Source: Octopus bimaculoides (lineage: Eukaryota). From it: a stretch of DNA of 64,000 nt. The first letter of the stretch is position 1. The number at the start of each line of letters is the position of its first letter. Below the pieces are notes generated by a model. The model searched no databases and was not told the origin of the DNA. It worked only from the letters and a program-made list of their open reading frames with translations. Positions 48,480 through 61,443 of the stretch are shown here, piece by piece. Both the position numbers and the translations under genes were made by a program. The DNA lies in NCBI RefSeq assembly GCF_001194135.2, contig NC_069004.1, forward strand, positions 12,020,527 through 12,084,526, given 5' to 3'.

Positions 48480-48780
48480 AAATATGTAATTCTAAAACTG
48501 AATGTTTCCAAGAATAATAACTTCTTGGTTCTGTGTGTCTTGTTTAACGTCTCCCAGGAACCGTTTTTAACTTTAACATCATGCTATCAGGAAATCTCAT
48601 GCTGTCTTTGACTTCAAAGAACAAACTGAAGTGTTTACAGAACATGAATGTATATTTTGCAAATCTTAGATGGAATCTCTTTACCATTTTGTACGACGTC
48701 ATTCTGGAACTATCCTTACATTGGTAAACACACCAATCATAGCTCTGGAATATATTTCATCGCCAGCAGAATTTGTACCA
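48480..48780 (+). pseudogene. Possible L1/Tx1-type zf-RVT C-terminal fragment
   Basis: FNFNIML ... HECIFCKS*MESLYHF / CTTSFWNY resembles CxFC....ES..HLF..C....FW; contains a stop and a frameshift. Confidence 0.35.
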
Positions 48781-48839
48781 GCATCATCACCACCATCATC
48801 ATCATCACCACCATCTTCTTCATTGTAATTACCACCACC

Positions 48840-48873
<34 letters not shown>

Positions 48874-48981
48874 TCATTGTAATAGAATTATACAAAAATA
48901 CTTTTTGCCACCCCACACCACCATTTGTCTTCTGAATTCTAGTTTACGGTAAACTTCTTGAGATGAATGACAGAGAGATAA

Positions 48982-49140
48982 GGTGCAGGTGTGGTGGTGT
49001 GGTAAGAATCTTGCTTCCCAACCACATGGTTCTGGGTTCAGTCCCACTGCATGGCACCTTGGGCAAGTGTCTTCTACTATAGCCTCAGGCTGACCAGAGC
49101 CTTATGAGTGGATTTGGTAGATGGAAACTGAAAGAAGCCT
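48982..49140 (+). mobile_element. SINE family B, 5' half
   Basis: AAGGTGCAGGTGTGG.TGTGTGGTAAG...GAAACTGAAAGAAGCC. Confidence 0.8.
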
Positions 49141-49254
49141 GTTTGTGTGTGTGTGTGTGTGTGAATGTGTGTGTGTGTGTGCATATACACATATAAATAA
49201 ATATACATTTACTCATTTAGGCTGAAATGATAACATGCTGATATATATATATAA

Positions 49255-49420
49255 AATCATCATTTAACATCCATTTTCCATGCTAGCATGGGGTAGATGA
49301 TATGACAGACTCTGGCAAGGCCGGGAGCCATTGTCCATTTTGGCATGGTTTCTACAGTTGGCCACCCTTCCTAATGCCAACCTTTTTATAGAGTGTACTG
49401 GGTGCTTTTCATGTGACACC
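49255..49420 (-). mobile_element. Family E element
   Basis: CATCATTTAACATCCATTTTCCATGCTAGCATGGG...CCCTTCCTAATGCC...GGGTGCTTTT. Confidence 0.7.
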
Positions 49421-50240
49421 ATTGTTATATGCCCATCTGATTCCCTAGCCACAGAGACTCCATAGGGTCCCTCAGTTTGCTAGAATATAGCAACCAAGAC
49501 ATCTTTAAAGTTACACCCCAACATCTTATATAAAAGTACAGTTACTTTGGATAGTGTAGTCCAAGATGAAGGTCATAACTAAAACACGTTTCTTCTTCAC
49601 AGATTAACTGGATCAGTGCTGTCCTGTGGTTAAACACAACCGCCACTACCACTAACCACATCAATAACATCACACAAAAGAGGGATCAATATCATTTATT
49701 GATGAAATTATCTAATTAATATTAAGTTTAAAAAGAAAGATATCTAAAATATTGCTGCATTTTCTAGCAGGGTCGAATGACCTCATAGAGAAGGGCTCCC
49801 TTGTTAGCTCAGCTATGACATAGAGAGGAACTAGGAAGGGTGGTTTTAATTGTCAACCTGACTGAAATAACCACAGGGGGCAGTGGTGGTTGATTGAGGG
49901 GTGTGGCGGATGGGTTGGGTGGGTGGAGGGAGTCCAGTTGTCAAGAACTTTCCTAGAGATGGTGGTGAGGAAGAGGTGGGGGGGTGAGGAACTGTGAGGA
50001 GGACTTAATTAAACTGCTTTGTTTTGTTTGTTAATGAATGGCAAAAATATTAAAAATGATAAATCACTTTCCTCAACGTCATATGCACACACACACACAC
50101 ACACACATGCAGACATTTAGATATGCCTGCACATACATACACATATACACACATACAGTTGTGCACATATATACACACACACACAGATATATATGCAAAT
50201 ACACTCACACACAGATATACATACACTTGCATACATATAC

Positions 50241-50281
<41 letters not shown>

Positions 50282-50479
50282 NNNNNNNNNNNNTATTAGT
50301 TTTTGTGAAATGAAACCAAAAAAAAAAAAAAGAAACAAAAATGGAAATGTTCCAGTTGTTATAGAATTTCTGATGTTTGTATTATTTCATGTGATTTGAC
50401 AATTGTCTTGGAGAAACCACCATTCCAGTTGACTGTTCCAGAAACATGGTTCCACACAACTCACACTATGCACTTTCGC

Positions 50480-50521
<42 letters not shown>

Positions 50522-51060
50522 CAGCACAGAGCCAGTAGGAACTTGAGCTTCACTAAGCAATATATTTTACAGAGACGTTGTTATCGTTATTGTCGTTGTT
50601 GCTGTTGTTGAAAATGACTTTTATTTCCAATTGTCTGTCATTGATTCCTGGAAGTAGCCACCACCACTGCCACTGCCACCACCACCGTTCTGACTAGGAA
50701 CCGTTTTTGCTACCAATTCTATTGTGAACAAACTTGGACGACCGTTGTTTGAAGACAGCCAGAAGCATCAGCTGTGATAAAACAAAGAGAAATTTTAGGA
50801 GGAATAAAACAAAAAAATCACTTGATGTGTGTAAAAGAAATATGAAATAATGGCAATTGTGTGCATAGTAATGTTGTTGTTGTTGTTGTTGTTGTTGTGA
50901 TCAGTCGGTGGAAGAAATAACTCCATGCTTTCCATTCCTCAAACGTAAAACAGCTTCAGAATTTTTAGGAAGTCATTGCTTTTCTGTCTATTCTCTTTAA
51001 GATAGATAAAATAGTACAGGTATCAGTGATACACTGGGGATAAATTGTCATATTGTGTAT

Positions 51061-51430
51061 CATCATCATCATCAACATCATCGTTGTTTAACGTCCGCTT
51101 TCCATGCTAGCATGGGTTGGACGATTTGACTGAGGACTGGTGAAAACCAGATGACTACACCAGGCTCCAATATGATTTGGCAGAGTTTCTACAGCTGGAT
51201 GCCCTTCCTAACGCCAACCACTCCGAGAGTGTAGTGGGTGCTTTTACATGCCACCGGCACGAGGGCCAGTCAGGAGGTACTGGCAACAGCCATGCTCAGA
51301 ACAGTGTATTTTAAGTGCCACCTGCACAGGAGCCAGTTCGGCGGCACTGGCAATGATCTCGCTCGAATGTCTTTACACGTGCTATCCGGCACAAGTGCCA
51401 GGAAGGCGATGCTGGGTGCAGGTGCCATGA
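51061..51430 (-). mobile_element. Family E element, CpG-rich (young)
   Basis: (CAT)n GTTTAACGTCCGCTTTCCATGCTAGCATGGGTTGG...GGATGCCCTTCCTAACGCCAACC. Confidence 0.8.
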
Positions 51431-51441
51431 CAATTTATTTA

Positions 51442-51520
<79 letters not shown>

Positions 51521-51990
51521 ACAAAGCAAATGTACATGAATTACGATCATTGCTAGAAATTGCAGCCAGTAAGTTATCTCTGCTTGTGGACATTCAGTGA
51601 AGCTCTACATACTGCTGATAACTTACCGGCTGCTATTTCTAGCAATGATTGTACTTCATGTACATTTGCTTTGTATCTATAATTCTACTTTTTATGGTGA
51701 TTTATTCTTGCTGGATAGTCGTATTATTATTTTTGATAATATTTATATCTCTTGTATGTATAAATATATATGGAGTGGCTGTGTGGTAAGTAGCTTGCTT
51801 ACCAACCACATGGTAACCTTGTCACCAACCTCATCACAATGGGGTAACATGAGCAGCAGAAGCTTCACTGATAGTAATGACAGGGATGTATGAACATCAT
51901 CCCTCCTTTCTCCACTCTCAGTTGAGGGCTGTTTCCTTTTTTTTTTTTTGTGTCTTGCAAGGTACCTGGTAACCTTGTCAGTGAGGGGGC

Positions 51991-52318
51991 CATGTAAAAA
52001 GCACTGGTGCTTGAGCCACGTGAAAGGCACTGGTGCTGGTGCCACATAAAAGGCACCAGTGCTGGTACCACATAAAAGGCGCTGGTGCTGGAGCCACGTA
52101 AAAGGCACTGGTGCTGGTGCCACATAGAAGGCGCTGGTGCTGGTGCCATGTAAAAAGCACCCAGTACACTCTGTAAAGTGCTTGATGTTATGAAGAGCAT
52201 CCAGCTGTAGAAATCATTGCAAAACAAGCAATGGAACCTGGTACAGCCCCTGACCTTGCCACTTCCTGTTAAACCATCTACCCCATGTCAGTCTAGAAAA
52301 CAGATATTAAATGATGTC
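51991..52318 (+). mobile_element. Family E element with an internal array of six 26-bp units (CACGTAAAAGGCACTGGTGCTGGTGC)
   Basis: Units start at 51991, 52017, 52043, 52069, 52095 and 52121, followed by the E tail. Confidence 0.8.
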
Positions 52319-52399
52319 TCTTCTGTAGCCATCAACTATCAAATAGGAACATCAAGTACAAGAGTGTCCCTAACAGCCATCAGCCTCTCTGATAGCCAT

Positions 52400-52580
52400 T
52401 CGTCTCCCATATTCGCCAGTCCTCCTCAGTTCCCCATGTCTAATCATAGGGAGATATTAACTTTTTTGGAAACAGGTGAGGATTGGTGACAGGTAGAGTA
52501 TCCAGCCATAGAAAATCTGCCTCAGCATAGTTTGTCCAACCAATGTGAGAGCATGGAAAACTGGATGTTGAAACAATGCT
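52400..52580 (+). mobile_element. Family E variant (GGAAACAGGTGAGG.TTGG.GACAGG...CATCCAGCC)
   Basis: Same variant as 56395-56605. Confidence 0.65.
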
Positions 52581-53029
52581 GAGGATTCTTCATGTTTACA
52601 TTTGTCTTGTAAAGCGATCCATCTCTGTAGAAATCCCAATTCCAAGGAAGCTGAGATAATGAACAATCTTGATTGATTAATTTTCCTAGAAGAGAGATGT
52701 CTACTTAGTCAGCAGTTCCCATTTGTTTTGCTAGATTTATGAAACCACACTGTCCAAAAGGTCAGTTTATCCACTAACACTGTCCCCTACCAATTGTACA
52801 GCTCGTTGACTTTTAGTAATTAGTGTCCTGTGATCTGACGTTGTTAATTATTTGTTAAGTAATTATAATGGCTGAAGTTAAATGTAACCTTGTGTTCTAC
52901 ATGTGTGTTTGTGTCGAAGATACATGTCCAACATGTTAATGTATGAAACAGAGAGAGAGAGAGACAGATATATATGTATATATGTATTCTCATGCATATA
53001 GTTACATATCTAGACATGTTCATATATAT

Positions 53030-53785
53030 TCAAACGATAAACTTCTGGAAAGTTTTACACATTTTTACAGTTCCAGTGATGGACTGGATCTGCAGTCTTC
53101 GAATTAGCTTTCTCCTTTCTGGTTTTGAGAAGCCTAATTATTCAAGATTGGTATTTAGGCAGTGTATTACATATCCCAGTGCCCCAATAATTACAGGTAT
53201 AAACCTGAACTTGTAATCTGGATAGAGTAACTGCAGATTTCTCAATAGTTCAACATGGTTGTTCTCTTTTTCACTGATCTTCAGCTTTATGTTAACATCC
53301 GCTGGGCAGCTAATTTCCACAACTGTGCACAGTTTCTCTTTTCTATCCCAAATCATTATATCTGGTCTGTTGTGCTTACATTTTACTGAAGTCTTCACTG
53401 ATACATTCCACCAGTATTCCTTTTTATTATGAGTGACTGTGGCTTCTACCATATTGTCGGTTTTTATTTCTTTGTCTCCGGAATTATCCTTCCAATGGAT
53501 TTCATTAGGGAGTGTCCTAGTTACAACGTCATGTCTCATCAGTAGATAATACCGTGATGCCATTTTCGGACAACTGCTTATGATATAGGTGATATCTTCA
53601 GTGTGAACTCCACAAAGTCTGCATCGGTTGTCACATTTTCTTGCTTTCTCTACGTCATTGTCCTTTTTGTGTATCAGGTATTTGGTTGATATTTCCTGTT
53701 CCTGGATTGCAAACGTATACCCTTCAAAGTGGGAGGTAGTAATTCAGCTATTCGTCCATAATAAACTGCTTTGATGATCAAGGTT
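53030..53785 (-). pseudogene. RLE-type non-LTR retrotransposon ORF 3' part (zinc knuckle + PD-(D/E)xK endonuclease), subfamily 4
   Basis: One frame: HFEGYTFAIQEQEISTKYL...CDNRCRLCGVHTEDITYIISSCP..RHDVV...HNRPDIMIWDRKEKLCTVVEISCP...IPVIIGALG..NLE*LGF...ITGTVKMCKTFQKFIV*; one in-frame stop at 53138-53140. Confidence 0.9.
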
Positions 53786-53799
53786 ACTATCATCATGGA

Positions 53800-54360
53800 A
53801 CTTTTTATGTGTGTGTGTATGTATGTATGTATGTATGTATGTACAAGTGTGTGTGTGTGTATGCATGTATGTCCATATGTATACATGTATATATGCATGT
53901 ATGTACATATGTATGCATGTACATGCATGTACATATGTATGTATGCATGTACATACATGTGTGTGTGTGTATGCATGTACATACATGTGTGTGTGTGTGT
54001 GTGTATGCATGTACATACATGTGTGTGTATGTATGCATGTACATACGTATGTGTATATATGTATGCATGTACATACATGTATACGTATGTATGCATGTAC
54101 ATATCTATGTATGCATGTACATACATATGTATGTGTGTGTATGAATGTGTGCATGTACATACGTATGTGTGTGTGTATGTGCATGTACATACGTATGTGT
54201 GTGTATGTGTGCATATACATACATGTGTGTGTATATGTGCATGTACATACATATGTGTGTGTATATGTGCATGTACATACATATGTGCTTGTATATGTGC
54301 ATGTACATACATGTGTTTGTATGTATGCACATGCATATGTGTCTGTGTATGTATGTACAT
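53800..54360. repeat. Minisatellite based on GTATGCATGTACATACAT/(GT)n
   Basis: Direct inspection. Confidence 0.9.
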
Positions 54361-54508
54361 AGAGAGATAGCTAGATATGAATATATTACTAGTTATATTT
54401 CTGTCTGACTGTCTGAGACTCAAAGAGAGACAGACAGACAGACAGTGTGTGTCAGAGTGAGAGAGAGAGGGAGACAGACAGACAGACAGACATGCATGCA
54501 AAGAGAAT

Positions 54509-54558
<50 letters not shown>

Positions 54559-55571
54559 TTTTCGCCAGATTAAGTCCAGTTGTGTTATGATAGTGAATGT
54601 AAATATAAGGATACCTGAAACAACAAATTTTTTTAGTTCTTACCCTGGGGAGTGGGGCAGGGTTAGAATGGGAGGTCCTTGTTAACAAATCGTCAAAACA
54701 TGTTTTTTTGTGTTTCTGTGCATGTGTACCAGTTTACCTTAATTGTCTGCCTCCCATGTTGTAAACCTTAGTGAGGTGGCATTTCATTGAATCACCTTAC
54801 ATCATTTGTGATTGTGTTTATAGAAATAAATCTCCAAGGTGCCCACCTCCATTGACTCCAAGTTCTAGCTTTGGATTTTCAGTTAAAATGATTCCGCTAC
54901 ATTTACAGTCATGCTGCTTATGATTTAGGGAAAGGCATGAATACCTCAACATCCTAGATTCTGCTCCCCTGAAGTGATTTTTACCTGTCCAATATCAACC
55001 TGTCTGAACCCACCCCCTCATCCTGTGATATAAGCTTTAAACGCTTTGGATTCAAACCCCAACCCCTAAGACCCACCACTACTGGCGCCACCACTGCTTC
55101 TATGATACAAATGACAAACTTTGTGTTTTAAAATGATCCAAATTAAAATCTCCCATCAAAATTTTGTAGTAATTTTTTATTCAAATATGGGATTAAGAAT
55201 AATAATAACGAGTTGCGTTTATGTTTTCGTTTTGCAAGATTTTTAATGTGAAATCATGTATTGAAACAGATATTGTTATATTTGGGGATGGTCATGTTTT
55301 GCCATTTAAACACACATGCTATATTTGATCTTCACTTTATCATTATTATTATTATTATTAGACAATAAGAAGAGCGCAATACAATTTGCAATAGCTTGTT
55401 TATTTAACGGTTTGAACAATATTTTAACAGATTGCCTGCCTGTCTTCTTCACATTTAAAAAGTAAAATGAAAGCAAAATTGCAGAAACACAGAAATTAAC
55501 AGTTGGCTTGTCAATCTTTATAAATTATTATCATTGTTAATAGTTTAATAATAATGATGGTGGTGGTGATG

Positions 55572-55603
<32 letters not shown>

Positions 55604-55925
55604 AAAGTGAAGATTAAAAAAATAGTGCATGCGTTTAATCAGCAAAAGTTGATGACCATCTCCACATGTAACAATAATAAAGTTATTTTACTAAATTCTT
55701 CATTTTTTTCTTTGTTCCAAAATTAATTAAAACAAAGACAGTGTATTCCTACAGAAATATGGTAACAAAAGGTTTTATGTTATCTCACATCATTATATTG
55801 GGTGCAAATGTGGCTGTGGTGAAGAAATTTGTTTCCCATGAACTCAGGTTCAGTCCCACTGTGTAGGACCTTGGACAGCATAAATGAGTGAATTTGCTAG
55901 ATGGAAACTAAAAGAAGCCCATCAA

Positions 55926-55965
<40 letters not shown>

Positions 55966-56394
55966 CTGCATTAGAAACTGATGAGTGAAAATTTTGTAAA
56001 TAATAATTATAAGCTTTAAGCTTTAATGCACTGTGAATGCTTATAAGCTTACAGCTTATAATTATTATTTACAGAATATATATATATATAAATGTCTCCA
56101 AAAATTAGAGAATGGAGTAGATAACTCTTCAGGCCAAGGATACCTCGATTACATGAAGTTTGTATGTGTGTATATATATATATGAGTTTTTATACTAGCT
56201 GGAGATGAACACTGTCTCATGTGGCAGACTTGAATAATTGTTGAGAGATATCTCTCTGAACATGAAACCAATAGTCTGGTTGCCTCATAAATAAAGAATA
56301 TTTATCCACCAATATGGTGTTGTGCATTTGTTTTTACTATTCAGTATTAACATGTGTGTGTGTGTGTAGATAGCGATATAGATAAAATATATGC

Positions 56395-56605
56395 AAGGTG
56401 TATGTGTCTGTGCCTCTTTGTCTTGACATTATTGTTGTAAACGAGTGCCACTGTCATACAAGCAGTGTCATTCATTTTCAATATTCTGTGGGAACAAGGC
56501 CATGGAGAAACAGATACCTCACTTGTAACTAGGTAAGGGTTGGCAACAGGAAGAGCATCCGACCCATACAAGTATGGAAAGGTAGATGTTAAAATGATGT
56601 GATGG
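56395..56605 (+). mobile_element. Family E variant
   Basis: GTTGTAAACGAGTGCCACTGTCATACAAGCAG...GGCAACAGGAAGAGCATCC...ATGGAAAGGTAGATGTTAAAATGATG. Confidence 0.65.
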
Positions 56606-56714
56606 CCATCATATACAAAGGAATAATTTCAGTTATTCCTCCTGGTCTTCTGTTTCCATCTACCAAATCCACTCACAAGGCTTTGGGTCAGTGAATGTAA
56701 TGTGTTGGGGAGTA

Positions 56715-57015
56715 CCTGGATCTCCATCTGCTACAATAATGAGGGTTCCATTTGATCCACTTAATGGAACAGTCTGCTCATGAAATTAACGTGCAACTGG
56801 TTGAGCACCCAATGGACATGTCTCCTTAACATAGCTCTCAGGGAGATTCAGCGTGACACAGAATCTGACAAGGCTGGCCCTTTGAATTACAGGTACAACT
56901 TATTTTTGCCAGTTGGGTGAACTGGAGCAACATGAAATAGAGTACCTTGCTCAAGGGCACAGGAATCCTTACACTCATGAGCTGAATACTCTAACCACTA
57001 AGCCATGTACTTCAC
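56715..57015 (-). mobile_element. SINE family D
   Basis: Reverse complement of head (GTGGTTAGAGTATTCAGC), TTGAGCAAGG motif and D tail. Confidence 0.75.
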
Positions 57016-57638
57016 GCACTGGGGAGTAAACCTTTGTTAAAAAACAACCTACCCTCTTATTTGTGGGCCTTGGTTGAAGTTATTTTCTTTAAGTACTCCA
57101 CATGTTAACGGTGGGAGTGAAACACACGTGATCTTGATTTGAAACCCCTAACTCCAGCATCTGCCCACCAGAGTTACACCTCTTTTTTCTTTTTCTCCCC
57201 CCTTTTCACATCTGTAACCCATACCTTGAAGATCCATTATAAAGTCTTCATCCAGTTGCATATTAATTAATAACAGAGCAAGAAGTCTTATGTTTATAAA
57301 TTTATTTATAATTTCGTGATTAAACGAATATGATATGCATATTTTCCTTAATCAAGGTATATTTTCTCGTTATTTCAGCCCGTAGACATTTTAGACTAGT
57401 AATTAATATTACTAATAGTGCTCTACAGGAAAATAAGAAACATTTGGTGCTTCCTTATCAGATGTTGGCGTTGCTGCTTCTGAAAGTTGTGAATCATTTA
57501 CAAGTCACCGCCAAGTCATGTTATCCAATACCTTAACGTTTTGTTTATTTATTTAATAACCATTTTTACATTAACCCAAACTGCCTTCAGAATTTGGTAT
57601 AAGTTTTCTTTTTTTATTCATTTATATATATATGTATG

Positions 57639-57699
<61 letters not shown>

Positions 57700-58489
57700 A
57701 AATGTCGAATGATGAAAATGAGTGAAAACATATATATATATATATATATATATANNNNNNNNNNNNNNNNNNNNNNNNNNNNNNNNNNNNNNNNNNNNNN
57801 NNNNNNNNNNNNNNNNNNNNNNNNNNNNNNNNNNNNNNNNNNNNNNNNNNNNNNNNNNNNNNNNNNNNNNNNNNNNNNNNNNNNNNNNNNNNNNNNNNNN
57901 NNNNNNNTTTTTTTAAAGCTGAATTAATTATTAAGCGAAGTTTGAGTTAATTACCAGTTTGGAAGAATTTTGAGCTTAAAATGTGGTCTTCTGCAAGTTA
58001 ATTTGATGAAGAACGGAATTAATGGTAGAGAACCATCTCAGAGACTAACAAACAGCAAATGAGCCAGAATGAAAGAGCTTCTATATGGTTGCAGAACATG
58101 CTAGAAATAACAACTAAATCTCCCTCATATCAAATTTTTAAAAAGGAAACGCATCAATCTATTGCCTCTGATCCCTTTTCACTCCAATATAACTACTTAC
58201 TTTGTGTGAGTGTGTGTGTGTGTGTGTGTGTGTAATAGCATGACAAGAGAAATAGTATAATGAAATTTATTTATAAGAAAATTCAAATATCATGATAAAC
58301 TTTTTCGTAACGTAAAGCATGTAAATATAATTTATTTTATTTAACTTTATACACACCTTATCGGTTTCTCTTGTATATTACTATATATTCTTGATGTTTT
58401 AAAGAATGATATATTAAGGAACTTTTTTTATGACTACTACCGGATTACTTGAATCCATACAGTGTGACTTAAATTCATATATACATATA

Positions 58490-58880
58490 TATCTTTTACT
58501 CATTTTAGTCATTAGACTGTGGCCATGCTGGGGCATCACCTTGAAGAATTTTTAGCTAAATGAAATCAACCCCAGTACTTATTTTTAAGCCTGGTACCTA
58601 TTCTAATGGTCTCTTTTGCTGAACTACTCAATTATGGGGATATAAACACACCAACACCGGTTGTCAAGCCATGGTGGAGGACAAACATACACAAAAGCAC
58701 ACACGCACACACATATATATATACAATGTACTTCTTTCAGTTTTCATTTACCAAATAAACTCACAAGACTTTATTTGGCCTAAGGTTACAGTAGAAGACA
58801 CTTTCCCCAGGTGCCATGCAGTGGGACTGAACCTGGAACCATGTGGTCGGAAAGCAAGCTTCTTATCACACAGGCACGCA
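58490..58880 (-). mobile_element. SINE family B
   Basis: Full unit in reverse. Confidence 0.8.
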
Positions 58881-59107
58881 TACAAACATGCACACATCAT
58901 TTACTTCCACTTTCAATGGTAGCATGGGTTTGATGAGTTATTACACTCTAAATCGGTTCTTATTTATAATTTGAACCTATGTTTGTCTCTTTGTTTGGCT
59001 AGCTGTCTGCTTGTCTATCTGTCTGCCTGTCTGTCTAGATATTTATCTACCTGTCGGTCTGTCTAACTGGCTATCTTTCTGTTTGTCTGTACATTTACAT
59101 ATGTGTG

Positions 59108-59443
59108 TGAAGGCACATGGCTCAGTGGTTAGAGCGCCGAGCTTACAACCGTGAGGTAGTGAGTTTAAATCCCGGACCGGACTGCATGTTGTATTCTTGA
59201 GCAAGACACTTTATTTCGCATTGCTCCAGTTCACTCAGTTGCAGAAAGGAGTTGCAATATCACAGGTGCCAAGCTGTATCGGCCCCTTTGCCTTTCCCTT
59301 GGATGACATCGGTGGTGTGGAGAGGGGAGGCTGGTGTGCATGGGCAACTGCTGGTCTTCCATAAACAATCTTGCCCGGACTTGAGCCTTGGAGGGTAGCT
59401 TTCTTGGTGCAATCCATAGTCATTTGTGACCGAAGGAGGTCTC
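59108..59443 (+). mobile_element. SINE family C
   Basis: AAGGCACATGGCTCAGTGGTTAGAGCG...GACCGAAGGAGGTC. Confidence 0.8.
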
Positions 59444-59504
59444 CACATATATGTGTGTATATACATTAAGCATGCATGTGTGCATATCTATGTATGTATG
59501 TATG

Positions 59505-59559
<55 letters not shown>

Positions 59560-60524
59560 TTATTTTTCAAAGATGTGTATTGATGAAAAATAGAAGCCCT
59601 TTTGAGAAAACTGATAAACAAATGCTTTCAGTAACATTCCATGTCATGTTTGTTCTGCCCAAATTACACAGACAATCCCTTACCATCCTCCTCATTGTAA
59701 ATACAGTGAACTATAGATCAATCAGTCCACCAGAAAACTGTATTCACTGCTACTTCCATTCACACCCATTGTGATATAAAATAAAATAATCTTTGACTTA
59801 ACCCCGGAAATAATTCAAGAGAAAATCAATTTAGAGGCATCATCAACACATCTTCTGGGGAGAAACTAGTCTTTAAAGGTAAACCTCAATATTAGAAGAT
59901 AATAATAGCTGATAACTGGAAAATTTCTTGGTGATTCTGATGGAATATTTAATGGAAAATCCCATTAGCCTGTACATCAGGAAATCCATATAATAATAAT
60001 GATGATGATGATCATAATAATAATAGTAATAATAATAATAATAATATAAACGTTATTTGGCACCTTACCTAACGAGGTTGTATGTATTTCTGAAAGGTAA
60101 GGGAAAAGATGTTATTTATAGTTCAGCCAAATTTTGCCAAAATATTGGTAACTCACAGAATTAATTTAGAAATTGATGAGAAAAAAACACCTGCTTCTCT
60201 GCAAGAAGTTCCAAAAATAGTCTCTGAAGTAATAAAAGAACATTTCCAGGAACTGATTGGATTCGGTGATGTTTCCAGAAACGAAGTCTTAATTTATAAT
60301 ATTGGTTAAGCTTCCGTATTACCATTCCATAAGAAATTACTCAATACCATTCCACCACATGTGTCTGCATGCATACGTTCTTGTCAAAAGAAATTATAAT
60401 TTGATGTAGGGTCTCTCTGATCTCTGCTCACCAAACATGGCATTCCCAATCAAAGCATCTCTTGCTTGTCCCTCCTATTATTATTATGATGATGATAATA
60501 ATAGGAGGATTATAGATGGATGGA

Positions 60525-60848
60525 GGTGCAATGGCCCAGTGGTTAGGGCAGCGGACTCGCGGTCTCGATTCCCAGACCGGGCGTTGTGAGTGTTTATTGA
60601 GCGAAAACACCTAAAGCTCCACGAGGCTCCGGCAGGGGATGGTGGCGAACCCTGCTGTATTCTTTCACCGCAACTTTCTCTCACTCTTACTTCCTGTTTC
60701 TGTTGTGCCTGTAATTCAAAGGGTCAGCCTTGTCACACTCTGTGTCACGCTGAATATCCCCGAGAACTACGTTAAGGGTATACGTGCCTGTGGAGTGCTC
60801 AGCTACTTGCACGTTAATTTCACGAGCAGGCTGTTCCGTTGATCGGAT
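60525..60848 (+). mobile_element. tRNA-headed SINE with the family D tail but a distinct middle; CpG-rich, truncated by a gap
   Basis: TGGCCCAGTGGTTAGGGCAGCGGAC head; unique GGCAGGGGATGGTGGCGAACCCTGC middle; D tail from CCTGTAATTCAAAGGG. Confidence 0.75.
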
Positions 60849-61404
60849 NNNNNNNNNNNNNNNNNNNNNNNNNNNNNNNNNNNNNNNNNNNNNNNNNNNN
60901 NNNNNNNNNNNNNNNNNNNNNNNNNNNNNNNNNNNNNNNNNNNNNNNNNNNNNNNNNNNNNNNNNNNNNNNNNNNNNNNNNNNNNNNNNNNNNNNNNNNN
61001 NNNNNNNNNNNNNNNNNNNNNNNNNNNNNNNNNNNNNNNNNNNNNNNNNNNNNNNNNNNNNNNNNNNNNNNNNNNNNNNNNNNNNNNNNNNNNNNNNNNN
61101 NNNNNNNNNNNNNNNNNNNNNNNNNNNNNNNNNNNNNNNNNNNNNNNNNNNNNNNNNNNNNNNNNNNNNNNNNNNNNNNNNNNNNNNNNNNNNNNNNNNN
61201 NNNNNNNNNNNNNNNNNNNNNNNNNNNNNNNNNNNNNNNNNNNTATATAACGTGGGTAGCTGATGAAGTAGAATGTTCTCTATGTGGCTCGTGTGTTCTC
61301 GTCTACGATTGTTTGCAATGTCCTGTACCCAGATATGCACCTATACATACAGGTGGATGTCGGTATGCACATACCTGTACGTATATATGCATATACTCAT
61401 TTAC

Positions 61405-61443
<39 letters not shown>

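Noticed and set aside
51991-52164. CRISPR-like appearance of 26-bp palindromic repeats
   Set aside because: Units are directly adjacent with no unique spacers, lie inside a SINE-like element, and there are no cas genes in this eukaryotic DNA.
60085-60100. Donor-like GAAAG|GTAAGG (also GAGAG|GTAAGC at ~42750)
   Set aside because: No convincing upstream acceptor or exon-like frame.
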